A DNA stretch of 64,000 bases from Patescibacteria group bacterium (GTDB lineage: Bacteria > Patescibacteriota > Microgenomatia > UBA1400 > UBA1449). Shown piece by piece: positions 9,230-19,578 of the stretch. The position numbers and the translations under genes are program-made. The notes under the pieces are model-generated. The model saw only the letters and a list, made by a program, of their open reading frames with translations. It was not told where the DNA came from and did no database searches. Location: positions 32,762 through 96,761 of the forward strand of contig JBMNOG010000002.1 in the NCBI GenBank assembly GCA_050942955.1. The letters run 5' to 3'. Within the stretch, counting starts at the first letter, position 1. Each line of letters starts with the position of its first letter.

Positions 9230-10573
9230 ATGCATATTACTCTTGATACATCCTTGCTTATTGAAGAAAATATTGGCCCCAATGGCCTTTCCCGCACTCA
9301 AATAGAGAATCCTGAACTTGAATCTACTTTTATTAAAGTAAATGAGGATATAAAGAATAAAAAGTACGGCTTTATAAACTTACTTGAAGATAAAGATCTC
9401 CTCAAAGACTGTAAGAAAGTATTTGAAGAAATTTCTTGGGCAAAGCGAATGATTGTTGTCGGTATCGGCGGATCAGACCTGGGCGGCAGAATGTTAAAAC
9501 AAGGTTTAGAGACCGAAAACCCACCAATGGAAGTTATTTTTACGGGTGATACCACTGATCCTCTAGTCTACAACCAGCTCTTAAAAAACATTGATCCGGA
9601 TCAAACTGTAATTGTTGTCGTTTCAAAATCTGGTAGTACCACGGAGACTGCAGTTGGATATCTTGTTTTTAAAGAATTTTTTAAAGAAAAAATTGGTACC
9701 AAATGGTATAAACATTTTGTTTTTATTACAGATGAAAAAGATGGGATTCTAAGAGCCGAAGCCAGCACTTTAGGAATTACAACGCTCCCGATTCCGGCAG
9801 ACGTTGGAGGCAGGTTTTCTGTGCTATCTGCCGTCGGTTTGTTGCCAGCTCTGGCAATGGGGATTAACATCGGCAATCTCCTTGCTGGCGCAAATGTGTT
9901 TACTCAGCTTCTTGTTTCAACCCCGACAAATCGCAATGCCGCCTGGCAGATTGCTCTTTTTCAGTATCTGTATCAGAAAGAGAAGGGGATTAACACAGTT
10001 GTAATAATACCCTACATCGCTAAACTCGAGTTGTTTGCCGTATGGTTTAGGCAGCTCTGGGCAGAATCCCTAGGAAAAGACGGAAAGGGGATTTTACCTA
10101 TAAAGGCCATCGGTCCTGCTGATCAACATTCTCAGGTTCAGTTTTACAATCAGGGTACGTGGCTGAGTACGTTCCTGTTCATTTCCCAAAGACTGTACCC
10201 AGGTGAGATAACGGTAGTAAACTCAGAAATCGAGGAGCTTAAGTACCTTAATAATACTGATTTGGACGACATTATCAAAGCCGAATGTGAAGCTACACGT
10301 TACAGCTTAGCCAGCAGCGGCCGGCCCTCAGCTCACTTGGAAATTGAAACCCTAGATGAAATTCACCTTGGGGTTCTTATAGTTTTGTTTGAACTGGCTG
10401 TGGTGTATTTAGCTGAACTTCTAAAAGTAAATGCCTTTGATCAGCCAGGAGTAGAAGCAGGTAAAGAATACATGTACGGTCTTTTAGGTAGAAAAGGTTT
10501 TGAGGATAAAGCAAAAGAAATTGAAGACAAGAAAAATGGTCAAGTAAAAAGAGTAGTTACGTACCAAAGTTAG
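9230..10573 (+). CDS. pgi: Glucose-6-phosphate isomerase (short bacterial/archaeal type)
   Basis: VVGIGGSDLGGRM, VSKSGSTTET. Start taken at the internal ATG (MHITLD); the ORF could start at 9158. Confidence 0.8.
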   Translation: MHITLDTSLLIEENIGPNGLSRTQIENPELESTFIKVNEDIKNKKYGFINLLEDKDLLKDCKKVFEEISWAKRMIVVGIGGSDLGGRMLKQGLETENPPMEVIFTGDTTDPLVYNQLLKNIDPDQTVIVVVSKSGSTTETAVGYLVFKEFFKEKIGTKWYKHFVFITDEKDGILRAEASTLGITTLPIPADVGGRFSVLSAVGLLPALAMGINIGNLLAGANVFTQLLVSTPTNRNAAWQIALFQYLYQKEKGINTVVIIPYIAKLELFAVWFRQLWAESLGKDGKGILPIKAIGPADQHSQVQFYNQGTWLSTFLFISQRLYPGEITVVNSEIEELKYLNNTDLDDIIKAECEATRYSLASSGRPSAHLEIETLDEIHLGVLIVLFELAVVYLAELLKVNAFDQPGVEAGKEYMYGLLGRKGFEDKAKEIEDKKNGQVKRVVTYQS

Positions 10574-10618
10574 TTTCCTAGTTTTCATATCTTGTGGTTA
10601 TAATACCTAGGTAGAGCA

Positions 10619-10873
10619 ATGGCAAGATATCTGGAAACAAAATTACCTGAAATACCCATTACTGATGAACAAGTTGATTTAATTCCAGAGGAAATTGTGG
10701 AGGTTCTTTTTTCCGGAGATGTAAATAAGCTCAAACTATTAGGTCTTACTCGAGGAGTTGCAGATATAATTACGATTTGCTTAGTAAATAACAGACTTCC
10801 CCCGGGATACAATAATTGGCCAGAGTTTTTAGACAGCCTTTGTAGCCCTTTTCTTAGTGAAGAAGATCTGTAA
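10619..10873 (+). CDS. Hypothetical 84-aa protein
   Basis: Intact ORF between pgi and glgP. No recognisable motif. Confidence 0.4.
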   Translation: MARYLETKLPEIPITDEQVDLIPEEIVEVLFSGDVNKLKLLGLTRGVADIITICLVNNRLPPGYNNWPEFLDSLCSPFLSEEDL

Positions 10874-10935
10874 CAAAGTAAACTTCTCTTGTTTCTTTTC
10901 CTTAACTAATGCTATTCTCAATATAGGTACTGTTT

Positions 10936-12624
10936 GTGCAGATACCAAAAAGCAATCTATTACTTGATTACTATTACCTGCCCATGCCTGAAATTTCATT
11001 CAAAAACCCCGTTGCTTATTTTTGTGCCGAGTATGGTCTTGAGTCTCATCTTCCTATCTACGCCGGCGGGCTTGGCGTTTTAGCCGGAGACACAATCAAA
11101 GAAGCTGCAGACCAAAACTTCCCCATGGTCGCTGTTGGCCTTATGTACCGGGGAGAGGGTTTTGTTCAGGAAATTTCTGGTGATGGTTCCCAGATTGAAT
11201 CTAACTACGACTTTGATCCTCTATCTTCAGGATTTGAGCATGTATATGTTGATGAGATCCCGCTTTTTGTTAAAGTCCACATGACCGAGGTTGACGTTTG
11301 GGCCAGAGTCTGGAAGAAGACTATTAAGAATAACGTTGTTCTGTATCTTTTAGATACGGAGACTGACCAAAATCTTTTGCGTGAAAGAAGCATTGCCAGC
11401 GCCCTCTACTATGGCAGTGAAGAGGCAATCATTAAACAACAACTCCTTTTGGGTATTGGTGGGGTCAAACTCCTGCACGCCCTCAACATTCATCCGGCTA
11501 TTTATCATGTTAATGAAGGTCGACCGGCTTTCCTGCACTGGCAACTTATCAGAAGTTACATGGATGCTCATGGCATGTCCTATGATGAAGCTGCCCAGGT
11601 TGCCAAAAGAAAAACCGTTTACACTAACCACACACTGGTATCAGCCGGCAACCAAAGCTATAACATTCACCTTCTCAAATCCTATGGCCAGTACTATGCC
11701 GAGAAAATGGGCATTACCATTGACGCTTTGCTTGAACCTGGTATGGAAGGTGGCAGTGAACACTTTGTTATGACCCGCTTTGCTCTAAACACTTCAAGAA
11801 GAGCTTCGGGTGTTAGTCAGCTTCACTACAACCTCTCAAAAGAAAGCTGGCCGGAATACGACTGGGTCAGTATCACTAATGGGGTCCACATGCCTACCTG
11901 GCAGGACAACGAAATTAGAGACTGCAACAAAGAAGGAGATGACTTGTGGTTTGCTCACCTCAAGAAGAAACAGGAGTTAATGCAGTACATAGTTGATAGA
12001 ACCGGTTTTGGTTATGACCCTAGCCGTCTAGTAATCGGCTGGGCCAGACGTTTTGCGGAGTATAAGCGTGCCAATGAATTGTTTGCTGACGTAAATAGGT
12101 TGGTAGCTATTCTAAAAAATGAACGCAGACCGGTACAGCTTCTTATGGCAGGCAAGGCTCACAGAAATGACACGAGAGGGAAAATGCTCATCCAAGAAGC
12201 TATTCACTACATGAAAAATGAGCTTTCTGGGCACGCCATGTTTATCCCCAATTATGATATTGATGTAGCCCAAAAAATGATTAAAGGCTGTGATGTTTGG
12301 ATTAATACGCCAACTCCGGGCAAGGAAGCTTGCGGTACTTCAGGTATGAAAGCCATTGCTAACGGAGTTCTTCAGTGTACAGTTAAAGACGGCTGGACAG
12401 CTGAGGTTGAGTGGCAGGGAATAGGCTGGACTATGGAACCAAACCATGTTGCCGCTTCTTTCTACCACGTACTTGAAGATGAAATTGTGCCGATGTTTTA
12501 TAATCGGGACTTAAATGGAATTCCTCAGGAATGGCTGGCACGGATGAAAAAATCAATTGAACTATCAGTAAGATTTTCCGCAACAAGAATGCTCAATGAG
12601 TATAAGGAGATGTTGTACGCGTAA
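10936..12624 (+). CDS. glgP: Alpha-glucan (glycogen/maltodextrin) phosphorylase, GT35, short form
   Basis: AYFCAEYGLESHLPIYAGGLGVLAGD, and PLP-site region EACGTSGMKAIANGVLQCTVKDGW. Confidence 0.85.
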   Translation: MQIPKSNLLLDYYYLPMPEISFKNPVAYFCAEYGLESHLPIYAGGLGVLAGDTIKEAADQNFPMVAVGLMYRGEGFVQEISGDGSQIESNYDFDPLSSGFEHVYVDEIPLFVKVHMTEVDVWARVWKKTIKNNVVLYLLDTETDQNLLRERSIASALYYGSEEAIIKQQLLLGIGGVKLLHALNIHPAIYHVNEGRPAFLHWQLIRSYMDAHGMSYDEAAQVAKRKTVYTNHTLVSAGNQSYNIHLLKSYGQYYAEKMGITIDALLEPGMEGGSEHFVMTRFALNTSRRASGVSQLHYNLSKESWPEYDWVSITNGVHMPTWQDNEIRDCNKEGDDLWFAHLKKKQELMQYIVDRTGFGYDPSRLVIGWARRFAEYKRANELFADVNRLVAILKNERRPVQLLMAGKAHRNDTRGKMLIQEAIHYMKNELSGHAMFIPNYDIDVAQKMIKGCDVWINTPTPGKEACGTSGMKAIANGVLQCTVKDGWTAEVEWQGIGWTMEPNHVAASFYHVLEDEIVPMFYNRDLNGIPQEWLARMKKSIELSVRFSATRMLNEYKEMLYA

Positions 12625-12633
12625 AACCGACCT

Positions 12634-12978
12634 TTACTTGTCGTACCAATCTGCTTCCTGTTGTTCTTTCCTCTGTTCTGCAACAATCCGCTCTGCTTTT
12701 TTACGACTACACCCGTACTGCCAAGCAGTATAACCTACTATATCCTCAACTAGAGTTGGAGGTCTATTATCCGACAACTCAAATTTATCCTGAGTGTAGA
12801 TTTCAGGCTGTAACCCAGAGTCTTCTCCGATCAGTTTATCCCTCAAAGAGGGTAATCCGGTTTGGTGATTTAAATCTCTACTTTGTAGAGGAACAGCAAT
12901 GCGTTGGATTTTACCTGACTCTACTTCACTAAGATCAAATAATGCTGCCTGATTTGATTGCACTTCTTTATATCCCAT
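12634..12978 (-). CDS. Hypothetical 114-aa protein
   Basis: ORF convergent with glgP, with a 9-nt gap. No recognised motif. Confidence 0.35.
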   Translation of the reverse strand: MGYKEVQSNQAALFDLSEVESGKIQRIAVPLQSRDLNHQTGLPSLRDKLIGEDSGLQPEIYTQDKFELSDNRPPTLVEDIVGYTAWQYGCSRKKAERIVAEQRKEQQEADWYDK

Positions 12979-13008
12979 AATATTATTTTACCATATCCTC
13001 ACTTATTC

Positions 13009-13716
13009 TTACAACTCTTTAAAAATTGCAAATATATTCTTATTTCGCCCTCTATCCTGACTCAAGAAAAAGCGTTCTTCCTGAAGAGCAGTGTTATTTT
13101 CTTTCTCAAAAAAACGTTCCCAGTCATATCCTTGAGACTGATGTGCTTTAATACTTTTTTCCTTAAAAGTAACTACTTGAGAAATGTCCACAACGTGAGT
13201 CGCTGGAAAAGGGACATAGTAAACGTAGGGATAGCGCGGCTTGTATTCTTCCGGTGCAACAAACAGGAACACTTTATCAACAATATCCCTGCATTCATAG
13301 GCAGCTTTGCTAGCTGCTAAAGAAGTGGCAATATGGTCTAAATGAAGAGATATTCCCGTGTGATCATAGGCTAGTACTACTTCAGGTTTTTCTTTTACTA
13401 TAATTTCTTTTATCTTCTCTACTAAATCATTATCAAATATGTGCTGGTTGTTTAGTGAACCATCAGAGTAGTCAAGGTAGTGAATGTTTGTAACACCAAG
13501 GATTGCTGCAGATTCTCTTAATTCTTGTCTCCGAAGGGCTTTTACAGAACCCAAAACTTTAAGTTTACCTGAAGCTAAAGGGTGAACCTGGCCGGCTGAG
13601 CCATCAGTAGTTTCAATAAAACTAACAGTGTGGCCTGCATTAGTAAGGCACTTTATTGTTCCTGAAATTCCAAAGGCCTCGTCATCTGGATGAGCCAAAA
13701 CAGCAAGAATGTTCAT
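13009..13716 (-). CDS. PIG-L/LmbE-family N-acetylglucosaminyl deacetylase
   Basis: N-terminal AHPDDE motif (ILAVLAHPDDEAFG); 235 aa. Confidence 0.85.
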   Translation of the reverse strand: MNILAVLAHPDDEAFGISGTIKCLTNAGHTVSFIETTDGSAGQVHPLASGKLKVLGSVKALRRQELRESAAILGVTNIHYLDYSDGSLNNQHIFDNDLVEKIKEIIVKEKPEVVLAYDHTGISLHLDHIATSLAASKAAYECRDIVDKVFLFVAPEEYKPRYPYVYYVPFPATHVVDISQVVTFKEKSIKAHQSQGYDWERFFEKENNTALQEERFFLSQDRGRNKNIFAIFKEL

Positions 13717-13762
13717 CAGAAGATACTATACCATCTCTTAAACTAGCTAACTCTCCAAGATA

Positions 13763-14440
13763 CTATTCAATCAAGGCCAAAAATTCTCCATCAAGTGCAT
13801 CAATTACAAAAGTCTGCCTATCAAAAGCATCCCGCAGAATCCATACTGGATAGCAATTAATCTCTTCCAATTCGGTTTCAATAGCATATTCCGCTTCTGG
13901 CATAAAAGTTTCAGAAGCTCCATTAGCTACCGCTATCCGACCGGCTTCAGCCAAGCTCACCTCAGGGGTTACTTCAGGATATTCATCTCTTATATCGCAA
14001 CGGGCAAATTCTTGGGTCATTTCTCCTTCCAAAGTTACAACTCCGTTAGCGATTTGAACAAAGTAGATGTTTCTGGTCCCAGAATCAATATAGTAAAAGT
14101 TCCATGCAGAGGCAATGTCATTTCTTAACCAATTACTATCTAACTGACTTGATAATGGGGTTGCCTGCCAGAGCACTACATCTACGCTCCAAGCTTGCGC
14201 TTGGGTGTAAGCAAGCTGGGCAGCTCCAGCAGTCGTATAGGGATCTATTGGCTCTATAACTTCCTGTTCTCCTACTGCCGGTGTTGGTGTTACTTCAGCC
14301 ACAGGAGTATCCCTGGGAAAGATCTCACGCACAGCAATTCTGAAAATTGCTCTACCCAAGAAGAAAAGCAATACAAAAAAAAGAATTATGGCTAAAATAC
14401 CAATGACTGTCTGAACAAGATTCATATACTTGCTAAACAT
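13763..14440 (-). CDS. Membrane-anchored extracytoplasmic protein, hypothetical
   Basis: N-terminal TM segment (IGILAIILFFVLLFFLG) followed by a Pro/Thr/Val linker and a globular domain. Confidence 0.5.
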   Translation of the reverse strand: MFSKYMNLVQTVIGILAIILFFVLLFFLGRAIFRIAVREIFPRDTPVAEVTPTPAVGEQEVIEPIDPYTTAGAAQLAYTQAQAWSVDVVLWQATPLSSQLDSNWLRNDIASAWNFYYIDSGTRNIYFVQIANGVVTLEGEMTQEFARCDIRDEYPEVTPEVSLAEAGRIAVANGASETFMPEAEYAIETELEEINCYPVWILRDAFDRQTFVIDALDGEFLALIE

Positions 14441-14497
14441 TGTATGAAAACTCTGTAAAGAACGTGCAAAAACTAAGTGAGAAGTCGGTAATGATAC

Positions 14498-15046
14498 TTA
14501 GGCTTTTAAAATAGTAGTGTGGAGCTGAGTATAGACAGGACCATTCCGGGTTAGTTCGCTTTTGTAGAGACTAACTTTGGCAAGAGCGGACAGAGAAAAC
14601 ATAATTTCAGCAAGACTTCGAACTTGGGTTAGATTTAGCCGAATCCTGCTCCTAGCTAGGGTAATGTGTGGAACAAATGGCTTATGATCATATTCAATAC
14701 GGTATCTATCCAAACCTCTCCTTATGCTTTTACTCAGCGCTTGCATTTTCTTAGTTTCACCACTAACTTTGAGCACAATAATGCCGGCTTTCTCATCGCT
14801 TGGAAAACCACTCAAGTTTCCACAATCTATCTGGATTGGTTGGCGATTTTCTACTACAGTATTTAATATCTTACACACTGTCTGAACTTCCGGTTTTTTA
14901 AGATCTGGAAGAAAAACAAGAGTGATATGGAGCTGGCTTGGACTTACTACCCGAAGTTTTTCTTTTGAAAATAAAACTTTTTTTTGGATTAATTGTATTC
15001 TATCTTTTGTTTCCTCCGGAAGCTCGAGGCTAATGAATGCTCTCAT
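14498..15046 (-). CDS. thpR: RNA 2',3'-cyclic phosphodiesterase (2H phosphoesterase, ThpR/LigT)
   Basis: Two H-x-T-x motifs (HITLVFL and HITLARS) at the expected spacing. Confidence 0.85.
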   Translation of the reverse strand: MRAFISLELPEETKDRIQLIQKKVLFSKEKLRVVSPSQLHITLVFLPDLKKPEVQTVCKILNTVVENRQPIQIDCGNLSGFPSDEKAGIIVLKVSGETKKMQALSKSIRRGLDRYRIEYDHKPFVPHITLARSRIRLNLTQVRSLAEIMFSLSALAKVSLYKSELTRNGPVYTQLHTTILKA

Positions 15047-15110
15047 AGTGTTGGCACCATTGTAGCAGGATTTTTAGTTTCCAAAAGCAGAGTGTGTTAC
15101 TATAAACTGC

Positions 15111-16196
15111 ATGAAAAAAGTTATTCTTTTAACCTTATTTTGCTTAACGGCCGGACTGGGATTTGTTTTATATATTGCTTACTACCTCAAACCGCAAAAA
15201 AATATTTATCCTCAACAAGTAAACATTGAATCGCAGTCTATTGAGATACATACAACCATTTCCAATCCAGTAACAACACTTGATGACATCTTCCATCCAA
15301 ATCCAAACAAAATAGCAACACTCTCAGCAAAAAGACTTAGAACCCTAGTTGCAACCGGCGATGTTATCCCTGCCCGATCAGTGAATGTTAAAACACTGCA
15401 GGCCGGGAACTTTATCTGGCCTTGGGAAAAAGTGCTCGGCTTTTTTTCAACCGGCGACATCACGTTTATAAACCTTGAATGTCCGCTTCTTGCTAACTGC
15501 CCACCCACTGATACAGGCATGATTTTCTGCGGTGACGCTAGACACATTGAAGGCTTGCTTGCAGCCAGGGTTGATGTAGTTTCACTAGCCAACAACCATG
15601 CTGGTAATTATGGGTTTGCCGGCATTGAAGAAACAGTAAGGCTTCTTAGGGAAAATAATATTGAATTTACAGGCATTAAAGGCCCAGTGTACAAAAATGT
15701 AAAAGGTCTTACGTTTGCTTTTTTAGGGTATAACGAAATTGGCTATAAGGAAGAAAGCTTGGCCTGGGCAGATGATGAAATTATCAGGCAGGAAGTAGCT
15801 GAAGCGAGGTTAAGCGCAGATATTGTTGTGGTCGCATACCACTGGGGAGTTGAGTACGTTACCCAACCAACTCCGAGGCAAAAAGAGTTGGCCCGTTTGG
15901 CAATTGATAGCGGTGCAGATCTGATTATCGGCAACCATCCTCATTGGATCCAACCTGTAGAAATCTATAAAGATAAAGTAATTGTTTATGCCCACGGCAA
16001 CTTCATTTTTGACCAGATGTGGTCTCAGGAAACCAGAGAAGGTATAGTCGGCAAGTACACCTTTTTTGATAACCAACTGGTAAACATTGAGTTTTTCCCA
16101 GTTCAGATTGATAACTACGGACAACCTCATTTTTTAGAAGGCGAACATAAGCAGCGAATTCTAAATAAACTGGAAAAGGAAAGTAGAACGCTGTAA
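15111..16196 (+). CDS. capA: CapA/PGA_cap-family metallophosphatase (poly-gamma-glutamate capsule synthesis-like), membrane-anchored
   Basis: N-terminal TM segment; GDVIPARSVN, NLECPL, LANNHAGNYGFAGIEETVRLLRENNIEF, NHPHW. Confidence 0.8.
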   Translation: MKKVILLTLFCLTAGLGFVLYIAYYLKPQKNIYPQQVNIESQSIEIHTTISNPVTTLDDIFHPNPNKIATLSAKRLRTLVATGDVIPARSVNVKTLQAGNFIWPWEKVLGFFSTGDITFINLECPLLANCPPTDTGMIFCGDARHIEGLLAARVDVVSLANNHAGNYGFAGIEETVRLLRENNIEFTGIKGPVYKNVKGLTFAFLGYNEIGYKEESLAWADDEIIRQEVAEARLSADIVVVAYHWGVEYVTQPTPRQKELARLAIDSGADLIIGNHPHWIQPVEIYKDKVIVYAHGNFIFDQMWSQETREGIVGKYTFFDNQLVNIEFFPVQIDNYGQPHFLEGEHKQRILNKLEKESRTL

Positions 16197-16200
16197 CAGA

Positions 16201-16464
16201 CTACGATAGCTCCGGCTCAGAATTAAATGTCGATGCTTTTAGCATGCCTTCAAAAATAACAGGGAGAAAGTTGATTATTTTTGCACTATTAGCAAGTACA
16301 GATACCTTATGGAAGCAAGCCTGAAAATGAGGATCTTGGGGATCAAATCCATATCTCTGAGCAATTTTGTCTTGGTTACTAATACTCCAGTTTTCTTTTA
16401 TAGTTAAATCAAGATCATCAACAGTTTCTGGGTTAATACCTGGTGATAGGATTTCCGCTGCCAT
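16201..16464 (-). CDS. Hypothetical 87-aa protein
   Basis: ORF only. Confidence 0.3.
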   Translation of the reverse strand: MAAEILSPGINPETVDDLDLTIKENWSISNQDKIAQRYGFDPQDPHFQACFHKVSVLANSAKIINFLPVIFEGMLKASTFNSEPELS

Positions 16465-16609
16465 ATTTTAGATTTATACTAGCACGGCTAGAAAAGATTG
16501 CAATTAGTTCTCATCCCACTTACGCAGCCATTACCTCTCCTTTATTTTTCTTTAACATGAAAAAGGTATGTTTCCCTAGTAAAAACTTTCAAGGAGAGAA
16601 GGTGATTGT

Positions 16610-16825
16610 ATGGCACAAATACCCATGAATGTTGTCCAAAAAATTTGGGACGAATCAGAACATAGCTGGATGGGACTAAAAGACACTATTGAAGAACACC
16701 GTAACGCAGGATCACTGAGCAATGATCAAGCAGATCAAATGGTGGAGGCTATTAATATGGTTGAAGACGATGAATTCCCGCAGACCCCGGGTGAACTTCA
16801 TGCTGTTATGAACAAAGTCCCATAA
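16610..16825 (+). CDS. Hypothetical 71-aa acidic protein
   Basis: ORF with upstream GGAGAG; no homology recognised. Confidence 0.3.
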   Translation: MAQIPMNVVQKIWDESEHSWMGLKDTIEEHRNAGSLSNDQADQMVEAINMVEDDEFPQTPGELHAVMNKVP

Positions 16826-16927
16826 GAAGGATAATAAATTTTAGACATAAAAAGCCGTTTAGATTTCATTTGGACGTTCGATTACGAGCCAGTATAATAA
16901 AGTGGGTTAAAAAGTATAAGAAACTCT

Positions 16928-17365
16928 ATGAAAATCTACCCGTTTATACTAATTATTGTAGGGATTTTTTTTGGAGTGCTTATTCTACTTATTATTAACT
17001 ATTCTCAGAATAAACAAATTACTTCAGATCTCATAGAAACGAATGAAGAAATCTTACCTTCTAACTCTCCTGTAATCCAGCCACACGACAACTTCGAAGA
17101 AACCGGTACTCTTGTAAATTTTGATTCTGCAACAGAAACCGAAACCGACTATTGGTCTTTTGTTTATGAAAAACCGGGTTCTCCAGCTCTAAAAATGAAA
17201 CTTGAGTTTACTGATAAAAGTGTGTGTGTTATAAGCGAAACAGAAACTCCTTGTGATAAAGCAAAGCTAAACAATGGGGATAGAGTCAAAGTTGAAGGAA
17301 TAAAAACAGATAGCGACGTCACCGTACACAAACTCCAAACAGTCAAGGGTAATGTAGAACGATAG
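16928..17365 (+). CDS. Membrane-anchored hypothetical protein
   Basis: N-terminal TM segment (FILIIVGIFFGVLILLIINY) plus an extracytoplasmic domain. Confidence 0.45.
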   Translation: MKIYPFILIIVGIFFGVLILLIINYSQNKQITSDLIETNEEILPSNSPVIQPHDNFEETGTLVNFDSATETETDYWSFVYEKPGSPALKMKLEFTDKSVCVISETETPCDKAKLNNGDRVKVEGIKTDSDVTVHKLQTVKGNVER

Positions 17366-17441
17366 TAACTAAGAAGTTAAATAGGAATTTTTTTCATATT
17401 AGATAGGGTTGTTAGAAACGGTAAAAAGGAAATTGTTCGCG

Positions 17442-18854
17442 TTACCGGGTAGGAAGAGGTATCGCCCTGTTTAGGTTTTTCGGATTTCTAAAGTACCTAA
17501 GGAGCAGTTTGTAAATATCTTTATCAAAAGTTCCCAACTCAGTACTTGCCACGGTTTCAGCTTTGCCTTGGCTAGAACTTGAACCCAACAAACACCAAGT
17601 ATCCACCAGAAACTCTTCGTACAACCCTTCATTTTCGTCAACTTCTACAATTTTTACAGAACCTTTAAACGGCCATTTGGAAATTTTGATTTTTCCAAAT
17701 GCTTCTAAAAACCTAACGTTGTATTTAACAGGCAGTTCTTTTTGGATGCAAGCGCCAAAACACTTTTTCAACTGATATGAAAAGCAGGCTTTGTTTGTTT
17801 TCTCCAGACCCAGTAGCTTCGGACAAAGATTATGGTCACTAGCCAGTTCCTCAAGTTTTGTGGTAGCTTGTCTCTTTGATTTAAAAACACCAACTACACT
17901 TTCAATTTCTTCCTTTAATACTGTTTTAGCTGTCTCCAAGCGTATCCTAAAGTACCCGTTTTCATCTTGGTACTTCTTCAAAAATACTAGTGCCTGGCTT
18001 ACCCTTAGCTGGCGGTTAAAGAGCGGTTGAAGTTTTTTGACTAAAATAGATTCGGTAATTAACGCCCCCAGTTCTCCGGCAGTTTTGATCGTTTCAATGT
18101 ACCTCACTTGCTGGGATAGCTTCATCTCTTTGGTGGATAAGTGATCATTCGTAAAGTGGGACTTAACCCTGTTTTTTATGTTCTTGCTTTTCCCCACATA
18201 CAAAGGCGCATCCTTCTCGCCGTAAAAAATATAGACACCACAACTTTCGGGTAAAGCTTCGATATCAGCTTCAGACATGTGCAGAGGAGTAGAGGGCTTC
18301 TTTAGGGCAAAATGAACTGCTTTTCCTAACGTTTCCGAAGATACAGAAATTTTTAAAGCATTGAAAAAATCCCAAAGCACCTTGGCATCATCATAGGCCC
18401 GGTGCCGGTTCTCGCAAGTAAAACCAAAGCGGTTAATAATACTGTCAAGGTTATGTCTGACATGCTGAGGAAAAAGAATTTTCGATAACCTTGCAGTGCA
18501 AAAATGACGGGAGGTAAACGTAATGCCTTCCCGCTTAAATTCATGTTTTAAAAAACTGTAGTCAAACCGGACATTGTGGGCTACAAAAACACAATCTTCA
18601 AGTATGTCAAAAACGTCTTTTTTTATCTGAGAAAACGTCGGCGCTTTTTCGAGGTCTGAATCTGTAATGTTGGTCATAGTCTGAATAAAAGGAGGAAGAT
18701 AGGTTAGGGGGTTTACCAATGTCTGAAATTCTTCAACAACTTTTTCGTTTTCAGTACGTATAATAGCCACTTCAATAATTCTGTCAGCTGTAATCCGACT
18801 GCCAGTAGTTTCAAGATCAACAAAAGCAATTTTCTGAGGTAAGTCGTATTTCAT
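17442..18854 (-). CDS. DnaQ-like 3'-5' exonuclease (DEDDh) fused to a GIY-YIG (Cho/UvrC-like) nuclease domain
   Basis: FVDLETTG...HNVRFDYSFL...HRAYDDA (Exo I/II/III), then GVYIFYGEKDAPLYVGKSKNIKNRVKSHF (GIY-YIG). Confidence 0.8.
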   Translation of the reverse strand: MKYDLPQKIAFVDLETTGSRITADRIIEVAIIRTENEKVVEEFQTLVNPLTYLPPFIQTMTNITDSDLEKAPTFSQIKKDVFDILEDCVFVAHNVRFDYSFLKHEFKREGITFTSRHFCTARLSKILFPQHVRHNLDSIINRFGFTCENRHRAYDDAKVLWDFFNALKISVSSETLGKAVHFALKKPSTPLHMSEADIEALPESCGVYIFYGEKDAPLYVGKSKNIKNRVKSHFTNDHLSTKEMKLSQQVRYIETIKTAGELGALITESILVKKLQPLFNRQLRVSQALVFLKKYQDENGYFRIRLETAKTVLKEEIESVVGVFKSKRQATTKLEELASDHNLCPKLLGLEKTNKACFSYQLKKCFGACIQKELPVKYNVRFLEAFGKIKISKWPFKGSVKIVEVDENEGLYEEFLVDTWCLLGSSSSQGKAETVASTELGTFDKDIYKLLLRYFRNPKNLNRAIPLPTR

Positions 18855-18928
18855 TTCTATTTGAGTGTAGTTGGGCCGCGCAACTATAGCAAGCCAAACC
18901 TGGTTTGAAAAGGGCAGGAAGGAAGGTT

Positions 18929-18950
18929 TGTCGGGTTTTTCTTGGGGGTT
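18929..18950 (+). promoter_or_regulatory. Sigma70-like promoter (-35 TTGTCG, 16-nt spacer, -10 TATAAT) immediately upstream of the DMT transporter gene
   Basis: Hexamers read directly from the sequence. The -10 box lies ~12 nt from the ATG at 18962, giving a near-leaderless transcript. Confidence 0.4.
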
Positions 18951-18961
18951 ATAATGAAAGT

Positions 18962-19384
18962 ATGTCCTGGCTTATCTATGCAGCTCTGTCAGCTCTCTTT
19001 GCCGCAGCTACCGCAATTCTGGCTAAAATCGGGGTAAAAGACATTAACTCAAATTTAGCTACAGCTATCCGCACAGTAGTGATTTTACTTTTTGCTTGGG
19101 GCATAGTTCTGTTTCAGGGAGTTTATAAAGAGATAGGAACAATCAGCAAAACCAGCTTCATCTTTCTGATTCTTTCAGGAGTAGCTACCGGACTGTCCTG
19201 GCTTTTCTACTTCAGGGCCCTGCAAATCGGCAATGCCTCAAAAGTAGTCCCCATCGATAAGCTCAGTTTAGTACTCACCATAGTCTTGGCGGGTTTGATT
19301 CTCAAGGAGAAAATCACCCTTCCTATCGCCATTGGGGGAGTCCTAATGTCACTTGGAGCAGTCATCATTGGCTTAGCTAGGTAA
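18962..19384 (+). CDS. Small DMT-superfamily (EamA/SMR-like) 4-TM transporter
   Basis: Four hydrophobic helices; EamA-like LAKIGV, LSGVATGLSWLFYFRALQIG. Confidence 0.65.
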   Translation: MSWLIYAALSALFAAATAILAKIGVKDINSNLATAIRTVVILLFAWGIVLFQGVYKEIGTISKTSFIFLILSGVATGLSWLFYFRALQIGNASKVVPIDKLSLVLTIVLAGLILKEKITLPIAIGGVLMSLGAVIIGLAR

Positions 19385-19578
19385 CCCTTCTTTTACCCAT
19401 TGCTTTTCTCTAATCAATTTCATAATCACAAAACTGTCACTATAAAGAGGGAGATGAAAGCTTGAGAGTATTGCAAAAATTACCAAAATAGATTTTCTTG
19501 CTTAGTTCTTACACTTCTTTGATTTTGTTATTACTCCGAATAAGCAAAATAGTTTCCATAATAAATAAACCAAAATGT

